Shown here: positions 1-7,887 of the stretch, piece by piece | Numbering within the stretch: the stretch's first letter is position 1 | Layout: each line of letters starts with the position of its first letter | Assembly (NCBI GenBank): GCA_035528995.1 | Contig: DATKXO010000363.1 | Span: 1 to 13,292, forward strand | Source: Phycisphaerae bacterium | GTDB taxonomy: Bacteria > Planctomycetota > Phycisphaerae > UBA1845 | Length of the DNA stretch: 13,292 nucleotides | Direction of reading: 5' to 3' | Notes under the pieces: generated by a model | Seen by the model: the letters and a program-made list of their open reading frames with translations, nothing else | The model's database searches: none | Told to the model about the DNA's origin: nothing | Translations under genes and position numbers: made by a program

Positions 1-266
1 CCGCGACAAGGGAAATCCGCCGCCGACCGGTGCAGGGACGCGCCGAACGCCAGCACGATCCGCCCCGCCAACAGCTTCCCAGCCCGGCCGCGCTCAACCT
101 CTGCGCCCGTCATCCCCAACAACCAGCGGCAGTGCCATTCGACCCAGAGACGTTGTGGTCTGGGCGAATGCGCCGGAGCGTGCGACTCAGGACGATACTG
201 CCGTCCGTTCAGTGCGTCCGGCCCCCCGTCACCGCGAGGTCCCGGGCGACGCAGACGCGGCAGCCA

Positions 267-3200
267 TCACTGCAATGGCGCCGGGGCGGGCAGCGTGCCG
301 ACGGTGGAGCGGGTCGGGCGGGTGTTGTATTCGCGCTGGTAGCGCTGGTGCTCGGGCGTCTGGGGGTAGTGCTCGTCGGGGCCGTAGGGGTAGCCGGTCA
401 TGGCGTGGAAGGGCAGGGGCTCGACGGTGCCCGAGAACCGGGTGTTGAGATCGCCGTCCTTGACCCAGCCGTTGGCGTAGAAGATGAAGTCGCGGGCCCA
501 GCCGGGCGGCAGGTCGGGCAGGCCGGTGGCGTCGAAGCGCATGGTCAGCTCGTCGCCGGGGCCGAAGATGACGTACCTGTCGTCCGGCCGATCCAGCAGC
601 GGTGTCACGTCGCCGTAGCGGGTGAACATCCCTTTGGGCGGGTCCCAGGAGCCGGTGGGGCTTGCGTCGGCATAATCGAAGCGCTCGAAGCCCAGGGCGT
701 CGCGGGTCATGCGGGAGAAGCCGCGGTAGTGCAGGTCGGCACCGGCCACCGGCAGCTCGGTTTGGCGGCATCCGTCGGACTGATCGCGCGTCGAGACGAA
801 GACGCGGTCGAAGTAGACACACAGGTTGGTCGAGAGGCGCACGCGGTGGTCGTCGCAGAGGAAGCGCCCGGTCAGGTCCACCGGCACGACCAGGCCCTTG
901 CTGGTGGGCAGGCCGACGGATTCGATCGCGGTGTGCCAGGCCCCTGACTCGTCGCGGACCTCGAGCTTCAGCGGGGCAATGTCGAAGCGCGGGTCCTGGG
1001 CGATGGCCATCACGACGCTGGATTCGGGCCAGTAGATCCACCCATCGAGGAAGAGCAGTATTCGCTTGACGCCCGACAGATCGCCCAGGTCGAGCGTGAG
1101 GCTGTGCGGGCGGGCCAGGCCGTCGTAGCCGGTGAACGCGAAGGTCGGGAAGCGGTCGTCGCGATAGCGAATTTCGTCCAACACGTTTCGCCCGCGGTCG
1201 TCGACGGCCGAGCGCGGCGGGTGCTGATCGCCGATCGCGTAGAACCTGTCCTCGGGGAACGGCGGCGCGGTGAAGTACTCGTTGGGGACGATCTCCAGGA
1301 AGGCCGGGTGGTCGATGACGCGCAGCGTGATCCGGTCGGCGTAGGTGATCTCGCGCAGCTCCTCGGTGAGGCGCAGCTCGTAGGCGCCGTCTTTGGCGAT
1401 AAGCTGGTCGGCCCCGATTTTGGTCAGCTCCGTGCAGTCGGGCTGGTGGTAGACGCCGGGGGCCATGGGTACGCCGAGGGGGCCGATGCCGAGAATCTCG
1501 TTGACCAGCTCGAAGCCGCGGCCGTTGTGGGCGTAGAGGAAGCCGCAGGAGGCCGAGACCTTGACGAACTCCTCGACGGTGAGCGTGGCGTTGATCTCGG
1601 GCTTGATGACGTTCTGGGCGACGCCGTTGGGCCAGGTGACGCGGACGACGTCCACGCCCGCCAGGTCGCCCAGGCCGAAGTGGACCGGGCCGTCGGTGCA
1701 GGTCTGCTTCTGATAGTGTCCGCCGGAGGCGATCTCGACGGTGGCGCCGTAGCCGCTGCGGTTGACCTTCTTGCCGACGAGTTTGACGTTGAGCCAGTGG
1801 GCGCGGTTGCCTCCGTCGTTGCGCAGGATTCTCGGCCCCTGGTCGAGCGTGTGGACGACGATGTCCTGGTCACCGTCGCCGTCGAGGTCGCCGGTGGCCA
1901 GGTCGGCTGTGGCCGCGAACCGTTCGCCTGGGGGCTCGCGCAGGCCGACGGTTCCGGAGACGTCCACGAACTCCCCTTTCCCGGCGCCGGCGAGCAGGGA
2001 AAGGGACAGGTAGTTGTGCAGGAGGAGGTCGTTCCAGCCGTCGTTGTTGTAATCGAGCACAGTGATGCGACTGAGACCGCGCTTGTCGGGTAGCGCGATG
2101 GGCGTACCGCTGAAGCCGGCATGGCCGTCGTTGGTGTAGAGGTCGAGGCCTTCGCAGCCGGCCGCCACAACGAGGTCGCTGTGCCCGTCGCGGTTGAAAT
2201 CACCTGCCGCCAACGCCCGCACGCCGATGGGGTCGGTCGGGATGGGCGGAGAGAACGAACCTCCTGACATGAACCTGCCCATCCGGGCATTGCCGAACAG
2301 CTTCGAGGGCGCGTCCTCGTTCCCGACGAACAGGTCGATATCGTGATCGCCGTCGAAATCGGCAACGACCGCGTCAGCCGTGTGAAAGAAGCCGACCAGC
2401 AGGCCGGCTGCGTCGGTCTGATCGGAGAAGGTCCCGTTGCCGTTGTTGCGCAGGAGCGTGTCGGACTGCCCGGGCAGCGGTCGCTCGCAGAGATCCGGGG
2501 ATGCTTCCGGATCGGGCTCGCCGCGCGGGGCGGCGTCAAAATCCGTGTCGTTGGCGACGAAGATATCCAGGTCGTTGTCGTGGTCGTAGTCGAAGAACAG
2601 CGCCTTGCGCCCGGACTGCGGTTCGTTGGCCCGTGCCGCGGCCGAGACGTCCTCGAACGTGCCGTCGCCTTTGTTGCGGTAGAGCACGTTCGGGCCGCAG
2701 TTGACGACGTAGAGGTCGAGGTCGCCGTCGTTGTCGTAGTCGCCGAAGACCGCGTCGGTGCCCATGCCGGGGTCGGCTACGCCGGCTTCGGCGGTCACAT
2801 CCACGAACTTGCCACCGCCGTTGTTCCTGTACAGGCGGTTGGGCGCCTGCTGGGGGTCTGTCGAAGCGTTGACGACGTAGATGTCGAGGTCGCCGTCGGC
2901 GTCGTAGTCGCCCAGCGCAACCGCACTGCCCGACATTGGCCCCCAATAGCTGCGCAGCGCCTCCGGGTCGGCAGAGCCCGGCAACGGCAGGTATGACGAT
3001 CGAATCTGTGCCAGCGCCGGGGCATACGTCCCCGGTTTCGGCAGGCCGGACTGCTCGGTCGCTTCGACGAATCGCACTTCGGCACCGGGCTCTGGCTTCA
3101 GGTCGGCGGTCAACCGCGGGGCTTCGATGATGTAGGTGTACTGGCTGCGCTCCAGGGCCTCGGCCGTCTTCTCGGATTCGTCGACCGTGTCCTTGACCCG

Positions 3201-3794
3201 GTTGTAGATCTCCATGTGCCGTTCGGCGTTGTCGACCTGGCCGGTGCGGCGGTAGAGGGTGATCAACTGGTACTGGGTGCTGGGATCGGTGGGCGACAGC
3301 TCCTCGTTCTTGCCGAAGGCGGCGATGGCGTCCTCGTAGCGCTGCAGAAACTTGTAGCACACGCCGAGGTTGTAATAGGCTCCGCTGCACCGGGGATTGC
3401 GGGCGATGACGTGCTTGAGCGACTCGACCGCCGGCTCGAACCGGCTCTGGCGCTTGTGGATGATGCCCTCGATGTAGTGGGCGGCCAGCAGGTCCGGATC
3501 GAGTTGCCGGGCTTCAGCCAACACGCGGAGGGCCTCGTCGTATTCCTGGGCCCGCATTAGGATCAGGCCCAGGTTGAAGCGGTCCACGGCCGAGTCCGGG
3601 GCCAGGTCGATACACTTGCGGAACTCGGCGGCGGCCTCGGCGAACTTGTCGTTCTCGTAGTAGGCCTTGCCGACCAGGCGCCGGGCGTCCAGGTCGGCGG
3701 CCGTCCTCGCGTCGGGCGGGGCTGCCAGCGAGGCGGCAGACAAACATAACAGCGGCGTGACCAGTCGGGCCGCCACCCGCATTACGTGGGACAT
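267..3794 (-). CDS. Secreted CRTAC1-like protein: signal peptide, TPR repeats, FG-GAP/VCBS beta-propeller repeats, UnbV/ASPIC domain, and a ~430-aa uncharacterised C-terminal region
   Basis: The 1241-aa ORF (267..3992) is continuous, but a signal-peptide-like stretch (MSHVMRVAARLVTPLLCLSAASLAAPP) begins at the in-frame ATG at 3794, which has a GGAG about 10 nt upstream on the minus strand. The region 3795..3992 is therefore probably not translated. TPR-like helical repeats occupy about 3123..3695 (e.g. AYYNLGVCYKFLQRYEDAIAAF). Many calcium-binding FG-GAP/VCBS motifs (GDYDNDGDLDLYVVN, FDYDHDNDLDIFVAN, ADFDGDHDIDLFVGN, LDYNNDGWNDLL) occupy about 1818..2930. An UnbV/ASPIC-like segment (RILRNDGGNRAHWLNVKLVGKKVNRSGYGATVEIASGG...VHFGLGD...VRVTWPNG) lies at about 1578..1805. 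I did not recognise the C-terminal ~430 aa (270..1577). Confidence 0.85.
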   Translation of the reverse strand: MSHVMRVAARLVTPLLCLSAASLAAPPDARTAADLDARRLVGKAYYENDKFAEAAAEFRKCIDLAPDSAVDRFNLGLILMRAQEYDEALRVLAEARQLDPDLLAAHYIEGIIHKRQSRFEPAVESLKHVIARNPRCSGAYYNLGVCYKFLQRYEDAIAAFGKNEELSPTDPSTQYQLITLYRRTGQVDNAERHMEIYNRVKDTVDESEKTAEALERSQYTYIIEAPRLTADLKPEPGAEVRFVEATEQSGLPKPGTYAPALAQIRSSYLPLPGSADPEALRSYWGPMSGSAVALGDYDADGDLDIYVVNASTDPQQAPNRLYRNNGGGKFVDVTAEAGVADPGMGTDAVFGDYDNDGDLDLYVVNCGPNVLYRNKGDGTFEDVSAAARANEPQSGRKALFFDYDHDNDLDIFVANDTDFDAAPRGEPDPEASPDLCERPLPGQSDTLLRNNGNGTFSDQTDAAGLLVGFFHTADAVVADFDGDHDIDLFVGNEDAPSKLFGNARMGRFMSGGSFSPPIPTDPIGVRALAAGDFNRDGHSDLVVAAGCEGLDLYTNDGHAGFSGTPIALPDKRGLSRITVLDYNNDGWNDLLLHNYLSLSLLAGAGKGEFVDVSGTVGLREPPGERFAATADLATGDLDGDGDQDIVVHTLDQGPRILRNDGGNRAHWLNVKLVGKKVNRSGYGATVEIASGGHYQKQTCTDGPVHFGLGDLAGVDVVRVTWPNGVAQNVIKPEINATLTVEEFVKVSASCGFLYAHNGRGFELVNEILGIGPLGVPMAPGVYHQPDCTELTKIGADQLIAKDGAYELRLTEELREITYADRITLRVIDHPAFLEIVPNEYFTAPPFPEDRFYAIGDQHPPRSAVDDRGRNVLDEIRYRDDRFPTFAFTGYDGLARPHSLTLDLGDLSGVKRILLFLDGWIYWPESSVVMAIAQDPRFDIAPLKLEVRDESGAWHTAIESVGLPTSKGLVVPVDLTGRFLCDDHRVRLSTNLCVYFDRVFVSTRDQSDGCRQTELPVAGADLHYRGFSRMTRDALGFERFDYADASPTGSWDPPKGMFTRYGDVTPLLDRPDDRYVIFGPGDELTMRFDATGLPDLPPGWARDFIFYANGWVKDGDLNTRFSGTVEPLPFHAMTGYPYGPDEHYPQTPEHQRYQREYNTRPTRSTVGTLPAPAPLQ

Positions 3795-3865
3795 GTAGAC
3801 TACTCCGTCACGAAAGGACGTCGGGGCTGTTGACCCGACCTGGTTACTCTGCGGAGGCACGTCCG

Positions 3866-3946
3866 CGCGAACTGAAGTTCGCGGCTCGGTTCCGGCGATG
3901 ATTGTTCCGCTCCCTGACGGTCGCGGCTCGGTTTCGGCAATCGTCG
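3866..3946. promoter_or_regulatory. Palindrome (CGCGAACT-GA-AGTTCGCG) followed by two about 26-nt direct repeats (TCGCGGCTCGGTTYCGGCRAT...) in the spacer between the two large CRTAC1-like genes
   Basis: An 8-2-8 perfect inverted repeat lies at 3866..3883. The direct repeats at 3879..3904 and 3921..3946 share 20 of 26 positions, 42 nt apart. All of this sits 70 to 180 nt upstream of the ATG at 3794. Confidence 0.3.
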
Positions 3947-3979
3947 GTCTGTCAGTATCGCCTGGTGCCTGTTGTTTGA

Positions 3980-6715
3980 TCAATCTACCCACACGCGTGC
4001 CAGATCGGTGTCCACCGGGTCCTCGAGACCGCGCAGCCCCTTGATGAACTCGATGAGCTCCTCGGTGGAGCGACCCATCAGGTCCAGGCGGACCTTGAGC
4101 TCCTCATTGTCGGGGTACTCGCTGAGGCCGCGTTCCCAGGCCTCGCGGGCCTTGGCCATGTTCTCCTCCAGCCCCTCCTCGCGGTTCTTGACGAACGCGT
4201 CGCCGAGCCCGACGTAGCCGAGCGCGAAGTAGTCGCGCTGCTTCTCGGGCGGCAGCTTCTTCTGCAGCTCGATCAGCTCCGTGAAGTCCCGGATGGCCAT
4301 GGGGGCGTGCCCCAGCTTCCGCGGCCAGTGCAGGTGGTTCATGCCCCGGATGTACTTGGCCGTCCAGCAACCCGCGTCCAGCTTCGACAGGATGATATCC
4401 AGCTCCGCGAGCGACTTGTTGGACAGCTTGCCCTGGCTGACGATGCCCAGCTTGGGGTAGGGCATCTTGTCCACGTAGGCCAGGGCCTTGTTCAGGCGGG
4501 GCATGACCTTATCGGGGTGCCGCTCGACGAGGTCCTCGAAGAAGCGGATCGAGCGGTCGAAGTAGACGTGGCCGTGCCGGCGGATCAGCGTGCGGTAGGC
4601 GTTGGAGTACAGCAGGGCGTCGGGGTCGATCTGGATGGCCCTTTCCAGTTCGCTCAGGGCGGCGGCCCGTCGGCCGCGTGCGTCGAGCACGATGGCGAAC
4701 TCATAGCGGGTGCGCGGGTTGCGCGGGTCCTGCTCGACGGCCTGCTTGTGCTCGAGGTACTCCTTCTTGAAGTCCTGCATCTCGTCCCAACTGAGTTGCG
4801 GCTCGGCCTCGCCGGCGTCCGCGTCCGCCTTGGCCTCCTTCTCTTCCCTCTCCTTTTCCAGCAGGAAGGCCTCGAGCTGGGCCTCCTTGAACTTGCGCCG
4901 CTCCTCCAGAAACGCCTTGGGCGTGTTCTCGGTGAAGCGCAGCAACTGATTCGGCTGGAGGTTCTCGAAGCGCTGCTGGTAACCGGTCGGCCAGCGGATC
5001 TCGAGGCGGTCGATCTTGTCGTGCCCGGCCAGCCCGAAGTGCATGCGGTAGGGGCACTGGCTGTGATCGCCGTTGCCGCCGTCCAACTCACGGATTTGCG
5101 ACAGCCCGCCGCAGACCACCGTCACCCGCGTGCCGATGGCGTCGCGGTTGCAGTTCGTCCCGGTCAGCTCGACCTGGAGCCAGTTGTTCCCGTTGCCCAG
5201 GTCGTTTCGATAGAAGGAGCTGTCCTGGCCCTGGTTGGCGATGTAGACGTCCAGGTCGCCGTCGTTGTCGAAGTCGGCGATGGCCAGGCCGCGCCCGTCG
5301 CCGGTGTCGGCCAGGCCCAGGTCGGTGGCCACCTCGGTGAAGACCTCGTTGCCCTCGTTGTGCCAGACGCGTGAGGGCTCGTAGCCGGAGAAGGTCGAGT
5401 CGCCCATCATGGGCCAGTTTTGCGCGTCGATGGGGTCGAAGCCCGGCTTGGTGACCTCGGTGGCCAGCTTGGCGAAGTACTCGTCGTCGGGATTACCGGA
5501 GATGTAGCCGTTGGCCACGATGATGTCCAGGTAGCCGTCGTTGTCGTAGTCCCAGAAGCGTCCGGCCCAGCACCATCCGGCGTCGTAGACGTTGGCCTCG
5601 AAGGAGATGTCGCTGAAGGTTCCGTCGCCCATGTTGCGGTAGAGCTGGTTGCCCTCCTTGACGTACTCCTTGGTCCAGATGTTGGTGACGTAGAGGTCGA
5701 GGTTGCCGTCGTTGTTGTAGTCGCCGAACTCGACGTTCATGCCCTTGTGCGTGTCCCAGCCGATGGCGGTGTCGGTGACGTTGGTGAAGGTGCCGTCGGC
5801 GTTGACGCGGAAGACGCGGTCCTGGCCGAAGTCGTTGGCGTTGACCAGGTCCTGATCGCCGTCGTTGTCGTAGTCGGCCGCCCCGCAGTCCAACGTCCAG
5901 CCGGCGTCGTCAACGCCCATCTCCTTGCCGACCTCGGTGAAGGTGCCGTCGCCGTCGTTGCGATAGAGCACGTTGGGTCCGGCGTCTCGGGCGGTCTCGA
6001 AGTCCTCGTGCATCTGCCGCGAGTCCTGGAGGTGCCACAGGTCGACGTTGCGGAAGTAGTTGCCGATGTAGAGGTCGAGGTGGGAGTCGTCGTTGAAGTC
6101 GAACCAGACGGCCGCGTTGCCGTTGCCCTTGTCGCCGACGCCGGCCGCCTCGGTCACGTCGGTGAAGGTGCCGTCGCCGTTGGCCCGGTAGAGGATGTTC
6201 CAGCCCCATTTGACGACGTAGAGATCGAGGTGGCCGTCGTTGTCGTAGTCGCCCCAGACGGCGTCCATGCTGGCGCCGTGCTCGGCGTTGGCGTTGGCCA
6301 CGCCGGCCGAGGCCGCCACGTCGGTAAAGGTCATGTCGCCGTTGTTGCGGAAGAGGCTGTTGGGCTCGCCCATCTGGGAGTTGACGACGTAGAGGTCGAT
6401 GTCGCCGTCCTTGTCGTAGTCGGCGGCCGCACAGGAGGCTCCCACCGACGCCATCCAGGGCATGATGCCGTCCAGCTTCTTGTCCAGAACCGGCTTGTGA
6501 TGCCGATGACGGACGCCGGCCTGGTCGGCGATGTCGACGAACGGCTTGGCGGCGCTGCCGGCGTCGGGCTTGGCGGTCCGATCAACCTTTGGGGTCGCCT
6601 TCGGCTTAGCGCCCGGCTCGCCGGCCAGTGCCACTTGAACCCACGCGGCCGACAAGAGCCCCGCCAACGCGACGACCCGGACCCCGCGACCTCGCCTGCG
6701 ACGATGTCTGTCCAT
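3980..6715 (-). CDS. Secreted CRTAC1-like protein: Arg-rich signal peptide, FG-GAP/VCBS repeats, UnbV/ASPIC domain, E/K-rich coiled-coil linker, C-terminal TPR-like helical region
   Basis: The ORF track gives 3980..6793 (937 aa). The in-frame ATG at 6715 begins MDRHRRRRGRGVRVVALAGLLSAAWVQVALA, an n-region plus hydrophobic core, and is preceded on the minus strand by GGGAAGGGG, a Shine-Dalgarno-like sequence. FG-GAP motifs (ADYDKDGDIDLYVVN, GDYDNDGHLDLYVV, FDFNDDSHLDLYIGN, ADYDNDGDQDL, GDYNNDGNLDLYVTN, WDYDNDGYLDIIVANG, ADFDNDGDLDVYIAN) lie at about 5206..6436. An UnbV/ASPIC-like block (NNWLQVELTGTNCNRDAIGTRVTVVCGGLSQ...MHFGLAGHDKIDRLEIRWPTG) lies at about 4963..5185. A charged EERRKFKEAQLEAFLLEKEREEKEAK linker is followed by TPR-like helices (AIVLDARGRRAAALSELERAIQIDPD...) through 3983. 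Confidence 0.85.
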   Translation of the reverse strand: MDRHRRRRGRGVRVVALAGLLSAAWVQVALAGEPGAKPKATPKVDRTAKPDAGSAAKPFVDIADQAGVRHRHHKPVLDKKLDGIMPWMASVGASCAAADYDKDGDIDLYVVNSQMGEPNSLFRNNGDMTFTDVAASAGVANANAEHGASMDAVWGDYDNDGHLDLYVVKWGWNILYRANGDGTFTDVTEAAGVGDKGNGNAAVWFDFNDDSHLDLYIGNYFRNVDLWHLQDSRQMHEDFETARDAGPNVLYRNDGDGTFTEVGKEMGVDDAGWTLDCGAADYDNDGDQDLVNANDFGQDRVFRVNADGTFTNVTDTAIGWDTHKGMNVEFGDYNNDGNLDLYVTNIWTKEYVKEGNQLYRNMGDGTFSDISFEANVYDAGWCWAGRFWDYDNDGYLDIIVANGYISGNPDDEYFAKLATEVTKPGFDPIDAQNWPMMGDSTFSGYEPSRVWHNEGNEVFTEVATDLGLADTGDGRGLAIADFDNDGDLDVYIANQGQDSSFYRNDLGNGNNWLQVELTGTNCNRDAIGTRVTVVCGGLSQIRELDGGNGDHSQCPYRMHFGLAGHDKIDRLEIRWPTGYQQRFENLQPNQLLRFTENTPKAFLEERRKFKEAQLEAFLLEKEREEKEAKADADAGEAEPQLSWDEMQDFKKEYLEHKQAVEQDPRNPRTRYEFAIVLDARGRRAAALSELERAIQIDPDALLYSNAYRTLIRRHGHVYFDRSIRFFEDLVERHPDKVMPRLNKALAYVDKMPYPKLGIVSQGKLSNKSLAELDIILSKLDAGCWTAKYIRGMNHLHWPRKLGHAPMAIRDFTELIELQKKLPPEKQRDYFALGYVGLGDAFVKNREEGLEENMAKAREAWERGLSEYPDNEELKVRLDLMGRSTEELIEFIKGLRGLEDPVDTDLARVWVD

Positions 6716-6798
6716 GAACCCCTTCCCACCGAGACCGCCCGCCCGGCCCGATGCGCTGGCAGCACGTGTTGGATGAATCACCTCAAATGCCAACCACC

Positions 6799-6827
6799 AA
6801 GTTAGGAACCGCCCGACGGCAAGTCAA
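6799..6827 (-). promoter_or_regulatory. Candidate sigma70-like promoter for the 3980..6715 CRTAC1-like gene (-35 TTGACT, 17 nt, -10 TAACTT on the minus strand)
   Basis: The minus strand reads cagcTTGACTtgccgtcgggcggttccTAACTTggtgg, which places the TSS about 75 nt upstream of the ATG at 6715. The -10 is weak, a 4-of-6 match. Confidence 0.3.
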
Positions 6828-7000
6828 GCTGTGCGCGGTCCGCGTCCGCGGCATGCTGGTGGCGGCGCAACTCAAACTCGGGCCAGCGCAACAGGCGCGC
6901 ACCGCACCTTTCTACTCTGTTAGCGCGAAACGGCCCGTGTTTGACATGATGGACTGAGGAGCCTGGTGACGGATGGCTTCTCAGGGATTCGCCGCGACAG

Positions 7001-7780
7001 TCAGCGCACCGTTGCGCTCGCCGGGCGACGTGCTCTTCCGGGGACGAGCCTCTGAGCCGGGGGCGCGGTTGGGCGACCGTCGGTGGGTGCGGGGTGCCGG
7101 GGTTTTGTCAGCGTGATGCGGAGCCAGATGGGGAGGCCGGCCAGGGTTACCTCGTTGATCCAGTAGGAGTCGGCGAACGGCGAGCGCTGGAGAATCGCGT
7201 CCAGCTCCTGGCGGGGGTAGGTCATCCTGAGCTGTTGCTTGAGGAACCGGCGCGACAGCAGCCGGCTCAGCAGGCTCTCCCCTCGAAGGTTGGCCCCCAA
7301 GGCCCGTTGCAACTCGTCCCTTTGAAGACCCCTGTGCGTCTCGAAGAGATAGGCCGAGTGCCCCCCTTCCAGGATGCGGAACACCTCTTCGAGGCAGGCT
7401 CGCGGGTCGTCCCACAGGTAGAGGCTGCCGGTGCAGGTGACCAGTGCAAACGTGTCGCTCGGGTAGGTGGTCCGGCGGATGGTGCCCTCGCGGAGGTCAG
7501 CGCGGATGCCCTGTAGATTCCGCCTGGCGAGTCGCACCATCGCGCCGGACACGTCCAGCCCGCAAAGTTGAAGCTTTGGATTCAGTCGATGGACTTCGCG
7601 CAGCAGGTGCCCCGGCCCGGTCCCGATGTCCAACAGCCGGCCGCGAGGGATTCGCGAGACGAGGTACCGAGCGATCTGGCGGACCTGCATCCCGGTCGCT
7701 CGGGTCTGCCCCAGGCGGTCGTACAGCCGTGCGCCGAGCCGGGGTAGCCGCACGCAACTGCGTTCGCCCCTGCCGCTCAT
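7001..7780 (-). CDS. Class I SAM-dependent methyltransferase (Methyltransf_11/12-like)
   Basis: The 259-aa ORF carries a canonical motif I (RLLDIGTGPGHLLREV), a post-I acidic residue (LCGLDVSGAM), motif II (DTFALVTCTGSLYLWDDP) and motif III (VFRILEGGHSAYLFE). The ATG at 7780 is preceded on the minus strand by AGGAG with about 7 nt of spacer. Confidence 0.8.
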   Translation of the reverse strand: MSGRGERSCVRLPRLGARLYDRLGQTRATGMQVRQIARYLVSRIPRGRLLDIGTGPGHLLREVHRLNPKLQLCGLDVSGAMVRLARRNLQGIRADLREGTIRRTTYPSDTFALVTCTGSLYLWDDPRACLEEVFRILEGGHSAYLFETHRGLQRDELQRALGANLRGESLLSRLLSRRFLKQQLRMTYPRQELDAILQRSPFADSYWINEVTLAGLPIWLRITLTKPRHPAPTDGRPTAPPAQRLVPGRARRPASATVR

Positions 7781-7846
7781 GACCTGACTCCTATGCCGTC
7801 CGCCCTACGCGATCGGGAAACCGGATCGTTACGCCTGCTCCGTCGG

Positions 7847-7887
7847 ATCGGTCACGTTCGATCCGTCACGCTTGATCGGTCACGTCC
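7847..7887. repeat. Three tandem 14-nt units (GATCSGTCACGYYY) straddling the SPFH stop codon and the SPFH-methyltransferase spacer
   Basis: The units are GATCGGTCACGTTC at 7847..7860, GATCCGTCACGCTT at 7860..7873 and GATCGGTCACGTCC at 7874..7887. Further GATCG/CCGGATCG motifs occur at 7811..7850. Confidence 0.5.

Noticed and set aside
1-266. Sequence downstream of the first large gene's stop codon
   Set aside because: No complete ORF with recognisable product in the window, and no clear terminator. It may hold the edge of a gene that continues beyond the window, so there is too little information to call.
30-947. 305-aa plus-strand ORF, and the 155..448, 662..1069, 1104..2093, 1762..2013 and 2343..2996 plus-strand ORFs
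   Set aside because: They are antisense to the motif-rich 267..3794 gene and have low-complexity, Arg/Ala/Gly-rich translations typical of shadow ORFs in high-GC DNA. No recognisable domains.
1424-2539. 371-aa minus-strand ORF, plus 229..1041, 2536..3390 and 2795..3085 (minus)
   Set aside because: Same strand but a different frame from the FG-GAP gene. Pro/Ser/Thr/Arg-rich off-frame translations of a GC-rich gene, with no start context or domains.
3795-3992. 66-aa N-terminal extension of the first large ORF (MGRLIKQQAPGDTDRP...)
   Set aside because: Probably untranslated. It is Pro/Thr/Ser-rich and non-hydrophobic, and a canonical signal peptide begins exactly at the internal ATG at 3794. 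I cannot fully exclude it.
4307-6805. Plus-strand ORFs 4307..5374 (355 aa) and 5420..6805 (461 aa), plus small ORFs at 4104..4370, 4654..5091, 5910..6209 and 6331..6765
   Set aside because: Antisense or off-frame shadows of the 3980..6715 CRTAC1-like gene, with valine/glycine/alanine-rich junk translations.
6751-6957. 68-aa plus-strand ORF in the methyltransferase / CRTAC1-like intergenic region
   Set aside because: No RBS and a low-complexity translation. The region is better explained as the promoter and 5' UTR of the minus-strand gene.
7811-7887. Short tandem repeats considered as a CRISPR array
   Set aside because: Only three 14-nt contiguous units with no spacers. The array also overlaps a coding C-terminus.
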